DNA from: Podarcis pityusensis
Taxonomy: Eukaryota
Reading direction: 5' to 3' (one strand)
DNA length: 64,000 nucleotides
NCBI GenBank assembly: GCA_964106645.2
Contig: OZ067041.1
The notes below the pieces were generated by a model that saw only the letters and a list, made by a program, of their open reading frames with translations, did not search any database and was not told the origin of the DNA. Position numbers and translations under genes: made by a program. This document shows, in pieces, positions 28,101 through 40,100 of the stretch; positions within the stretch are counted from its first letter, which is position 1, and each line of letters begins with the position of its first letter.

Positions 28101-31100
28101 GCTCTTACTTGATAATTGCAAAGATGACAGTAAACTAAACGTTGCTTCTCCTGACAGAAACTTATTTGAAGAAATAGTGAGATGATTATTGCACATGCAT
28201 TTTATTTTCATTGGACTCATAGTCTGATGGAAAAGGAGAGCATAAATGATGTGGTATGAGAAACAGTTTTCCTATTCAGCATCCATTTCCTCCAAATCAA
28301 AGTTTTAAAAGCTATTACAGTTTTAAGTACTCTGCAAAATGTAGTTGGAAGGACAGTTTCTACTGAAAAATTACAGAGCTGGTCATTTTCTACCATTACT
28401 TTTCCCATATTTTTTAAATAATAAAAACATTAAAATTGTGCCATTAGAGCTCAAAGCTGCAGTAATTTTTTCCTGTGCCAAAATCTAGCATGTTCTGAAA
28501 TGATAGGCATGGTAGGATTTAGAAAACCTTTAGTGCAGCCAATTAAATATCAGTTATCAACTGATTATGATTTTACTTCATATATTAATACTGAATCTTC
28601 CTCTGTTCAGGCTTTTGTAGACAAAATCACACCATCTACGTGCAAGAGAGAAGTACAGGCTTGGAATAATTCAGAGTTACACACAAGTACAAAAATTATG
28701 CAGGGAAAAAGTCCTAAGGGGTAAAAGAGCCCCTGAACATCTCCACAAAAACTCAGTTTTGTGGTGTGCTGAGAGGAGGCAAACCCTGACAACCTGGTGG
28801 AAGAGAGAGATAGAATGGAGTGTTTGGAACAGGTGGACAAAGACATTATAGATTGTAGATATAGGTAACTGACTAGTAAGAACCAGTAAGTGACCTATCC
28901 AATATTGAGATGTTTCTTCTATGTGAACTTAGTTGCGGTGTTGCAGGAATCAGCATTGGCACAGTGGGATTCCCCGTGCCCACAATGGCATCCCCAAATC
29001 TGCTCTGAGGTGTTGGGAGATCCCCAGAACAGATTTTAGGGGGCACAGTGGGAGGAGAAGGGGATAATGTTCTATTACGCAAGGAGAAATCCTTACATTG
29101 ATGGGACGTTCACCTTAGAACTATGTTGAATACAACCCCTAATGTATATATGTTGCCTTTAGATTCTTGTTCAACACCTGCCAATAGCTAAGGCATATTG
29201 TAAAAAATGTCTAATAATTGGAACTTAAATGGATAATAGTCACAATAATCAGAATTTTATATTTTTGTTTCTCAGGTGCTGGTGATCAGAATCTCTTCAG
29301 TTCTCTGTATCCAACACTTTCTCAGCAACTCCCAAGAGAGCCCATGGAATGGAGAAGGTAGTTCCACTTTTCTTCATTATATGCATTGGGCAAGGAATCA
29401 GTGCAGTGATGCACTCTAGCAGTCTCTTGACAAGACTTGAAATGAGTTTAGAAACTTAGAAGGAATAGACATTGCAAGTTTTCAGAGCTGTGACGTAGCT
29501 CGCAATTAATTGTTACACCTTTTACTTTGTTCTGTCTCATTGTCTTAAAAGTATAACTATTCTGGCTAAAAGTTTTGGGTGGATGCTGCAAACATAATTC
29601 CTGTTTCAGAATAGAATATGTGTTAAGATAATAAAGAATGTAAATAGAAATCACTTGAAAATGAGGGATTTACCTATTCTAACTGTTCATAAGATTCATG
29701 GTAAACAAAAAATGGAATGTCTTCCATTAAAAACTTCTGTAAGTTCAGATTTGCTTTTTGTAAGAGAAGATAAGTTTACACAATTTTTAAATACATTGTA
29801 CTACTGCATCTATATTTCTGAACTGAGTATTGCCATCTTACCATAGCCAATATATTTGCCCTACATGCTTCCTTTTTCTCAGCTTTGATCTGTGTGTAGT
29901 AATATCTATGTTCTATATACTATTCAGATCTTATGGGCGTGCTCCTAAGATGATTCATCTGGAATCTAATTTTGTACAATTTAAAGAAGAGCTACTACCT
30001 AAAGAAGGGAACAAAGCTCTTCTGACATTTCCCTTTCTCCATGTATATTGGACAGAATGCTGTGTAAGTACGGGTGTGTGTTTTAAAACATGAACTAACA
30101 GCTAGGTAATTTGTAGTTAGCTTTGCATTCTCTTATAGTTTGTGGGTGAACTTATTAAACTCAGGGGCAAGGGGAACTCTGTGCCAACTAGAATAATGCC
30201 TCATCTAGTTAGCAAAACTAGTGTTAACAGTGTGTATTTAAAATAAACTGTTGAAGAATCTTTGCAGAGCGATCTGTCAAGTGAAAATACTACAGTCCCC
30301 CCCGCCCCCATTCAGTTTGATAGTTTTAGAACTCCCCACCCCCTGGCATTCCAGGAAAAAGCATTTCAAGTATGTTTCAGTAAACCTGATGTTGTGTTTA
30401 ATCTCTTATATCCTTAGGACACAGAAGTGTACAAAGCTACAGTAAAAGATGACATCACCAAGTGGCAGAATGTTCTGAAAGTTCACAGCTCTATGGATTG
30501 GTTAATTGTAGTGGTAGAGTGTGATGCCAAGAAAAAAAACAAAACGAACATCCTTCCCCGAACATCTATAGTAGATAAAATAAGAAATGACTTCTGTAAC
30601 AAGCAGAGTGACAGGTTAGTAATTCTGGAGCTTAATAATTTTAATTTATTGTATTTGTAGCTGGACAACTTTTGATGGTCTTTCATCTGAGAAAAGGGTG
30701 GGGCATCTTAGGCACTCTTCATGTTGCAGGACTGCACTCCCATCATTCTGGCCATTGGGTGTACTATTTGGGGCTGGTGAGAGTTGGAATCCACAACATA
30801 ACTTAGCAATGTAAGGTTGACCCTTGTTATATCCAAAAGTAGTGGGAAAGAGAAGCTTCAGAGCTCGATCTGTTCCTACCATTAGAGATGCTGGGGGACT
30901 GCTTCAGATATTATGTTTGCATGTTGCCAACATCATAGAATTCTAGTGCTTGTCAGCATGCTTACAAAAACAATTTGGATCCTAGATAACTAAGATTGTT
31001 ATACTGTTAAACATGGCTTAAATTTTGTGTCTTTGTGGCAGCTCTTAGAAAGAATATTTGTTATTACTCTGAGTCTCTTCTAAATGATATCATCTAGTAT

Positions 31101-34100
31101 TTATCCTTGTAATTTTTCCTAGTAAGTTATGAGAGGGTAAAAGATAACCTTGTTCTACAAGCGATCCGATACGTCTTCAGGTATTCATGGGCTCCAACTC
31201 CTGTCAGCCTCAGTCAGTAGCTGGGGATGATTGAAGTTGTAATCAAGCAATGTTGGGCTCTCCACAGGTTCCACATATCTGATTTAAAATTTGCTTGCGT
31301 ATTTTAAGAATGATTCTAATACATGTGAAGTAGTCCTGTAGTTTGTACTTATTTTGTAACTTTTGGAACACATGCTGTAGAACGATATAGTGTGTGAATA
31401 TGTATACAAGGGCTTATTAGAAACCTGGACATACCACATTAGTTGAGAGGATTCCATACTAGGCATTATTCAGTGCTGCAGTTGCACAAGAATGCTCAAA
31501 AAAGTTCCCTGCACTGTTATTCGTTTGTTTGTTCCTTCCTTCCTTCCTTCCTTCCTTCATTCATTCATCCATTCACTCCTATGTTGCTTATATGCCAAAA
31601 TGGCTTCTATTATTCTACTGCAGCCTCAGTGCTCCCTGAGGGGGCACTCAGGAAAGGCCTGACATGTAGGACAAGAGGAAGTGGGGAATTGGTAGAAATA
31701 AGGCAGAGGCAGCTCACTTTTATATTTATATATGTACATTTGTACTCTACCCTGTCTTTAAAACTCAGACCAGTTAGCACTTGGATAAAACATACAGTCA
31801 TGCTGTCCACATGACCCGGAAGCTGTACACCGGCTCCCTTGGCCTATAGAGCGAGATGAGTGCTGCAACCCCAGAGTCGGCCATGACTGGAACTAATGGT
31901 CAGGGGTCCCTTTACCTTACCTTTAAAACATACACTTAACTTGCAGTGGAAATAGCTCTTGTTGTTACTCTCTGACAAATCACATAGTTTCTTAGGCTGT
32001 AAGTCATTGGTCACAAAGTTGAAGTTCCATGGAGTCCATTCTTAGAAATCATTTGATAGGAAGAAACCACATGGTTTTGTAACCGGTGAGTGTTGCAAAA
32101 TAGGCTGGTGAAACAAAATATTTCAGAATATTTTGAAACAAAAAATAGTCTGTTGGCTTTCTTCCAGTTTACCACTTTCACAAAACTTTCCAAATGAAAA
32201 TACGCATTCTTGTTCAGCCAGGAACAGAGCAAAGTGGCAAAGATTTAAGTCTAGCTCAGCTGGCAGAGCACGAGACTCTTAAAGAATCTCAGGATCATGG
32301 GTTTGAGCCCCACATGGGGCAAGAGATTCCTGCATTGCAGGGGGTTGGAAATGAATTCTGTGATTCCTCCTCTGGAAGAAAGCAGGGCCAGCAAGAAATG
32401 TCCACTCAAGAGGCTTCTGCCTTTTAGTGGGAAGCGGGGGGTGGAATCCAATATAGTGCTAAGGAGAACATTCGGCCAATGTAATGATTCCTGTTCTGGC
32501 GCATTCCCAACCCTCCAGAGCAGATTTAGGGATGGTGCATGGGAAGGTGGGAGGGTAAGTCCTGTTGTTCAAGTGAGCATCCTTGCACCATGGAGCATAT
32601 CAATACAGTGCTGTTTAAATTTATTTTTGTCCTAATGCTCCTATGCAGGTCAGGGTAGGATTGCTAATATTAACAGGGCCCCTTTTGAGCTGCAAATAGA
32701 GGCCAGGTTTGCTTGGGTCTCGCCATTTTCTCAGCCTTGTCTTTCTCCTCACACTTCTGCAGTTAGATAGGAAATAATGATGCACCAAAGCAGCTCGTAT
32801 TTGCACTCTCCATTGCTAAAGTTGTGTCCTTAGGCAGCACTGTTTTTTGATATCCCTTCGCTGCCTGCTGTCTTATTGGCTTAATCAGACTGGAAAGTTG
32901 GATACCCTGGATAACAGGCTGGCCTATTTTACTAATATTGGGATATTTTTGGAAGGAGGACAGAGGTTGTGTGTACACACACACACATATCATGCCGCAT
33001 GCGGATATTATTTAGGTACCTCTGAAGAGTTCCTTTTGACCAAACCTCTTCTAAGCACTCTGTGTCCTTTTTCTTTTCTTTTTTCTTTTTTTACTTCCTT
33101 ACTTTATAACACCTCAGTACAAGTGATCTGTCTTGGGTTTTTGCTTGTGAAAACCTTCAATACTGAAACCTTGAAACTGGGTGGTTCTTCCCTACAGAGG
33201 GGTTGTCGCTTGTTGGCCCCTCCACTTTGTTTTAGGAGGAGTACTTTTTAATCTTTTACATTTGTTTAGTTTTTTTGATTTTTTTGTATTATTTTAAAAC
33301 ACCTTGAGACTCTGGTGGTGTGAAGTGATAAAACCCTTTTCCTGTTATTCTTGCTAAAAAGAAAGTAACCTCCTAGCAAGTCTAGTATCCCATTTGATTT
33401 GTCCATTCTTGACCAAAAGATTAATTAATCTAGCTCAGTTGGTTAGAACATGCAGCTGATAACACCAAGGTCGCAGGTTCGATTCCCCCATAAGGGTCAG
33501 CCGCATATTCCTGTATTGCAGGGGGTTGGACTAGATGATCCTCTGGGTCCCCTCCAACTCATATGATTATACGATTTTATGATTCTTTCCTCCTTACAGA
33601 TGTGTAGTGCTATCTGACCCCTTGAAGGACTCTTCCCGCTCTCAGGAGTCCTGGAATGCCTTCTTGACAAAACTCAGGACCCTGCTTCTCATGTCTTTTA
33701 CCAAAAACCTTGGCAAATTTGAGGATGACATGAGAACTTTGAGGGAGAAGAGGACGGAGCCAGGATGGAGTTTTTGTGAATATTTTATGGTCCAGGTATG
33801 GTAAAGCAGTCTATGGAAAAATAAACCTTTTTAAAACTGGTCTTGTACTGCTTGCATAAAACAATGTGTTTGCATTAAACTGTTTCCTTTAAACTGTGTA
33901 GAGCTAAAATCATGAGCAAAAGTTTTTGTTTCAGTGCTTCATTTTTCTTGCATGAGTCAATTTAGCTACCTTTCACAGAGCTTATAGGAAAGGGATCTGA
34001 AGATGCAAACCAGTACCCACTTTGTACCATCAAGATTAACACATTTTCAAGAGTGAAGACTTTCCTTTAAAATTGGCCCTTGGTTTCCTAAGAGTAGTCT

Positions 34101-37100
34101 TCGGTTATTTTTGCCGGGGTGGGGGACGGGGGAGATACCAAGTACTGTACATTTTTTGTTGCTACAGTTTTGTTGCTTCCATTTTGTTGCACCCTAACTA
34201 TTAACATATATTTTTCTTTATATATTAAAAGGAAGAATTGGCCTTTGTCTTTGAAATGCTGCAGCAATTTGAGGATGCCCTTGTGCAATATGATGAGCTG
34301 GATGCCCTGTTCTCCCAGTATGTTGTCAACTTTGGAGCTGGTGGTAAGTAGTTAAATCAGAAGTGTAATTGAGCATTTCCATGAAGAGATCTGATGACTT
34401 TTGCTTTGCAAAATTAAATTCGAGCAATCCAAGGGTTACAAATAATCCACTTGATTGTGTAAACTTTTTATTTCCCCGTAATAAAAAGTGTATTCAACAG
34501 AAAACTTTAATTCGGATGTGTGTAGCTTAATTCACATTGCTTCAATGTGGCAGGTGTCGTTACCTCTCACTGTGTTTTGCATAGATGGCGCAAACTGGCT
34601 GACTTTTTTCTGCCAACCGGTGAGAAGCTGGAATGGGCTGGTTCTTCGTAAGCCAATAGACATGGAGAAAAGAGAACTGATTCAGAACCAGGAAGCCACT
34701 CTGTTAGACCTGCGCAGTTACCTCTTTTCTCGCCAGTGCACATTGCTGATCTTTCTCCAGAGACCGTGGGAGGTATCTCAGCGAGCGCTAGAACTTCTCC
34801 ACAACTGTGTGCAAGAGCTAAAGCTCCTTGAAGTAAGTTTATGTAAATTAATCCGTCAAGTGATTTAATGCTTAAATTCCCTCCCTAGCTCCTTGTTTTG
34901 CTCTGGATTATAGAGTGACCAAAAACAGGGGTGGGCAAAAGACAGATTGGGGTCTGCGGGTAGATTTCTGGGTGATTTGAAGTATGTCAGCAAGGATTCA
35001 CACTCCTGGTCGTTTAACGATAGCTACAACCAAAATATATTTATTATTATTATTATTTAAATTTAAAGTCTATTATGATGAGAAATGTTGGTGGAGGTGG
35101 GAACCAGGAGTAGTTTTTGTGTGAGAAAGGACTGTGAGCTCAATTCTGTTACTAAAAATAAATTCCTGATTCCAGCCGAGTGTCTGCTCATAGTTTTACA
35201 TTGCCTCCTGACACTATTTGCACCTGACTTCTTTTTGTTGGGTTTTGGGGTTCTAATAAAAAGACAAACCCAAAGTAAATCCCGCAAACCTGAAGTCTTC
35301 CCAACTCTGAGCTTAAGGGTCTTTTAGGGTGGCAAGAACTTGAGCCTCCTTTGGAAAGCGATTAGCTAGTTTGTGTGGAAGTTTGTGGTGTATGGCAGGA
35401 GATGATAGATTGTCCTCAAGACCTGGCTTTGTGTTGCATGCAACCCTCCCCCCCCCCTAAAAAAAAGGTGTTAGTACTAATCTATACATTTTTTGCCTTA
35501 TAAGAATAAATGTTGGGTCTGAATGGTGTCTTTGTTGTTCTTATCTTTAGGTCTCTGTTCCTCCTGGCGCTTTGGACTGTTGGGTCTTCTTGAGCTGCTT
35601 GGAGGTTTTGCAGAGAATAGAAGGTTGCTGTGATCGGTCTCAGATTGATGCCAATGTCTCCCACACAGTCGGCTTATGGAGTTACGCCACTGAAAAGGTA
35701 AACAAAGGGAGTGATGCATGTTGCCGAACTGTCAGTGGAAAAGTTTCATAGTTACAATCAGTACAACTTTTGTTTAATGGGAGATAGGCCAATATGATAC
35801 TGAAGTTTTGCTTCTAACGGATCAGACAAATATTTGTAAGGGCAGTGCACTCATTTTTCTTCTTAACCAAACACTGTACCCGGATATATTTGGCTAGCTA
35901 CATTCCCAGATAATGAACTTTTGTACTTCTTGCATCAGTCTAGCTGAAAATCTCTCTCCCCGCAAGACCCTGGCATGTGCATACAAATGTAGTTTTTCAT
36001 GTGTACATTGGGTGAGGGGATTAGCCCACCTGCTCAGCATGGCAGTCTATTCTCCACATCGTACACTGGAAAATTGTATTTGCATAGGGGTGTACATGTC
36101 TGCAGTCCAATGTGTGTAGGACCTATATGTACACGATGCAGTTGGATCCTTCATGTGATAAACTCCATGTTGGGATATGAGCGGTTGCAAACAGGGGAAT
36201 GGGATTTTACATGATTATGCAGATTATACAAATAATGTGAAGCATTTGGTTGGTTACTGTTTCGGAAAGAATGCAGAGCTAACAGACTAACTCAGTATGG
36301 TAGTTCTGTTGCAGGTGCCCTGTAAGATTTTGGATGTGTTGGGGTGGCGATGCATACATGTGACTTATAACATTATTTGAAATGAATCTGTCAGGTTTAA
36401 GACGGTTTCTTTCATCTGGTATCCTACTCTTATCAGTTGCTCACATTTATTTTCTGGAAATATAGATGTTATTCGCTGGAAAGACAGAAACTTAGCAGTT
36501 ATTGAGGCGTTACGATTGTCAAAATAAATTTGTGAGGTGTTGCAAGACTCTCCGTGTGACTTAGGAGTTAAAAATGTAGCCAGTGTTTTCATATTTCTCT
36601 TGTCATGAAGTACAGTGACAGAACTTTATATTTCTGCAGTTGAAGTCCCTGGGTTACCTATGTGGACTTGTGTCAGAAAATGGGCCCAACTCGGAAGATC
36701 TTAATCGAACAGTTGATCTTCTAGCGGGACTTGGAGCTGAACGCCCTGAAACAGGTATTTACAGAAAATGTTTTATGAAACTATGTGAAGGCCCAATAAG
36801 TTCGCTTGATGTCAGTCATGCTTTTGATGGACAACTATTGTTTGCTTCAGTATTTGCCAAAGTTATCCATGTTCAGCGACAGTTGGCTACTGAAATTTTC
36901 ATACTGAAAAGGGATTAATCTTCTCCACAATGCATGTATCTGGACCATTTTTGAATACCACAGAAATTCTTTTATGCTATACTTATTGGAGTGGTGGACA
37001 GGAAGTTTGTAACTCTAGTCAAATAACATAACGATGCTGGTAATTTGAGTTTCTCGTTATGTGTTTGATGTGCTAATAGATCCCTTCAGATAACTGTGTG

Positions 37101-40100
37101 TAGCCGCTGTTTGTTTTTTAAATGACACTTTTAGTCTTGCTGTACAGTGAAAATTTAAAATATCACCATTTCCTTTGAAAATAAAGAGTAGAACTGTGTT
37201 CCTGTTAACATAAATAATAATACAATTGTAGAGTTGGAAGGGACCCTGAGGCTCATCTAGTCCAACCCCCTGCAATGCAGAAATAGACAGCTATCCCATA
37301 TAGGAATTGAACCTGCAATCTTGGTGTTCTCAGCACCATGCTCTAACCAACTGAACTAATTTTTTTGCACTGACAGAATATTTGATATATCAGCTAGATG
37401 TGCTGAAATAAGAGCAAATCAAAGCCCACATTTGAGTTTGAATCACAGGTAGAAAACCCCAGACTCGCCTAATGTTAATATCTTGGTTCTTTTAAATATA
37501 GCACAGGACAAAGTGCAGTGTGGTCTCTTCCTGTATTAATTTTAGTTGCCTTTTGAGAACGGAAGTCTTACATCTGCCCTATTTTATTTTTGAAGCCAAT
37601 ACAGCACAATCTCCTTATAAGAAACTGAAAGAGGCCTTATCATCCGTAGAAGCTTTTGAAAATCACTACTTAGTAAGTATGCCAGATATATTCTGCATGT
37701 AGATTCTAAATAAGAGAACAAAATATTATTGAGTGTATAATATATTGGGTGTAGTCTTCAGTCAATATTTGCAGTAGAATACTATTCCTAGGGGTATACT
37801 AGTTTAAGAAATAGTATAGAATCATAATCAGTGTTGGGAGGGATCTTCGAAGTCTTGATTCAAAATGGCAGCCAGCACCCAAAGGTTGGCAAAAACCACT
37901 ATCCCACCTTGGGAATCCTCATGGCGAGTTTAATGGTGATATCTCAATAGGTGTCCAAACCTATAGAGAACAAACGGATAGACTTTCAAAAATACGTAGC
38001 TGATGAAGATAACGAGCACAACATATTTGAATATCTGGAGGCTGGTTAAATGTTTGTTTATATAGCTTTTTACATAGTCTCTTGCCCTGCATATTTTGAT
38101 GCTGAGTGACTATAAAGTCAGTATCTAAATACAATGGTGGAATTCTTGTATGTGTAATTAGCTTTTTAAAATATTTGCCAGATTTCCTCTAAACTTTCAA
38201 TAAGTAATCAACAACTTACAACAGTGCAAAAACAAAAACAAAAAACCCAAAGGAACTTTGGAAAAGATCTTTGTGCTCAATCGATAGGATATATGCTTCT
38301 GAATATATTAAACATAAAGTTTTGGAACAAAGAACTGTTGTAAGATAACTTGTCCTAAAGCCCCATGTCTTTTCTTTTCTTTTATCTTATGTAGGATCTT
38401 TCCCATGCTACTATTGAAATGTACAAAAACATTGGAAGATCTCGCTCAGCAAAGCTTGTTGGAAAGGATCTGGCAGAATTTTATATGTAAGGAAAACTTT
38501 AAATGGTTGCCTTTTAATCTGAAAGGGAGAGGGACTGTGGCAGTGCATCCTTGTTGATTCTCCTTGAGATCTCAGCTTTTCATGCTGTTAACCATGGTGT
38601 CCTCCTGGATTGTGTCTGATACATTGTTACAGTTATTCCACTCCTATGTACAGGTCCCACTTGGCATGCCTGCTGTGGGGTCCTGTAGGGTTCTATTTTG
38701 CTCTCATGCTCTTCAGTATCTATATGAAGCTGCTGGGTGAGGACATCAGGGAAGCAAGGTGTCAGCAGTGTAGGCTGTTGACAAATCCAGCAGTACTTCT
38801 TGCTGGAATAAGGTGAGACTGGAAGGTATTGGGCTGGTGTCTGGAGGCTGTAGGGGGAAGGGTGGGCAATAAACAGCAGCAGCAGGCTGGATGAGGGCCA
38901 CTATAGTAAGAGTGCATCTAGAAGACAGAAGCTGTGTGGGCAGGCAGATATTTGGCCTGGGAACTAGATAGGTTCCCTGATTTGCATAGGGTTGCATTCC
39001 CTTTGAAGTAGCAGGTATATAGTTGGAAGTGTTCTTTGATTCAACACTGTCACAGAAACAGATATGGGTTCTGCGTTTTGAAGTGCCCTTTCCCACTCCA
39101 TCTATTTTGTCAGCTACATCTGTTTCCTCATAGAGGTAACTCAACTGCAGTTATTCATGGTCAGCTAACCTACTATCTGAACTACTGTAACACAGTTTAC
39201 ATGGGGCTGCCTATGCAAATGATCCAGAAACTCCAATTAGTGCCAGAATGCAGCTGCCAGAGTATTGTCTGGGGGAGCCATGGGGAATCGCATTAAAACC
39301 AACCCAGAAAGATCTTCAGTGTCTGGCTATATTTTTCCAGGCTGAATTTAAAGTCATAAATGACTTGGGATCCAAGTATGTGAAGGATTGCTTCTGCTGT
39401 TACCAGCTTGCCCAGGCTCGTTGATCTGGAGGGGAGGCCCATCTCAGAGTCTCACTATTAGGAAAGATGCATTATGTGGTAATAGGTGATTCGGCCTCAT
39501 CATTGGTGGTTCCTGGATGGTGGAATGCCTTCTCCCTCAAAGTGTGATTGGCACTGACCTTGTTAACATTTTTGTGCCAAGTGAAAACATTTCCTGTTTG
39601 CCTGAGCCTTTCAGTGATTTTAGTCATTCTCTACAATGAGAACCATCTCTGGGGTTTGATGTTGATTTTATGGACTTTTATCTGCTTGCTTTATTGACTG
39701 TGGTTTTAATAGAGATATAAATCACTCTGAGATCTTCGGATAAAGAGCAGGCTGAAAATATATTTAATAAAATAAATAATAAATAATGCACTTAGAAATT
39801 AAGAGACGTTTTAGGCACATGTTCTGAAAAATAATTGGAAACAAAAAAAAAATGGCTAGGTTAACCAGTTAGCTTTTCTATGCTGCAGCAGCAAAAATAT
39901 GTGCTCAAAATTGTATTAGCTATCCTAATAATTAGATCCCTAACCACCATTCCTTTATGTGTACAGTGATATGGAATCTAAGACAAGGAAAGGGTAAATG
40001 CTCTGTAGTTCTATCAAGATATGCACACAGCTTAATATTATCAAGGACTCTATGAGCTTAAAAGCTTTCAAGGTATTCTAACAATCCATTCCATGTACAA

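Noticed and set aside
33429-33495. tRNA-like sequence with A and B boxes
   Set aside because: The acceptor stem is incomplete and it runs directly into a CR1-like tail; related copies occur at 32251 and 37220. It is a SINE head, not a tRNA gene.
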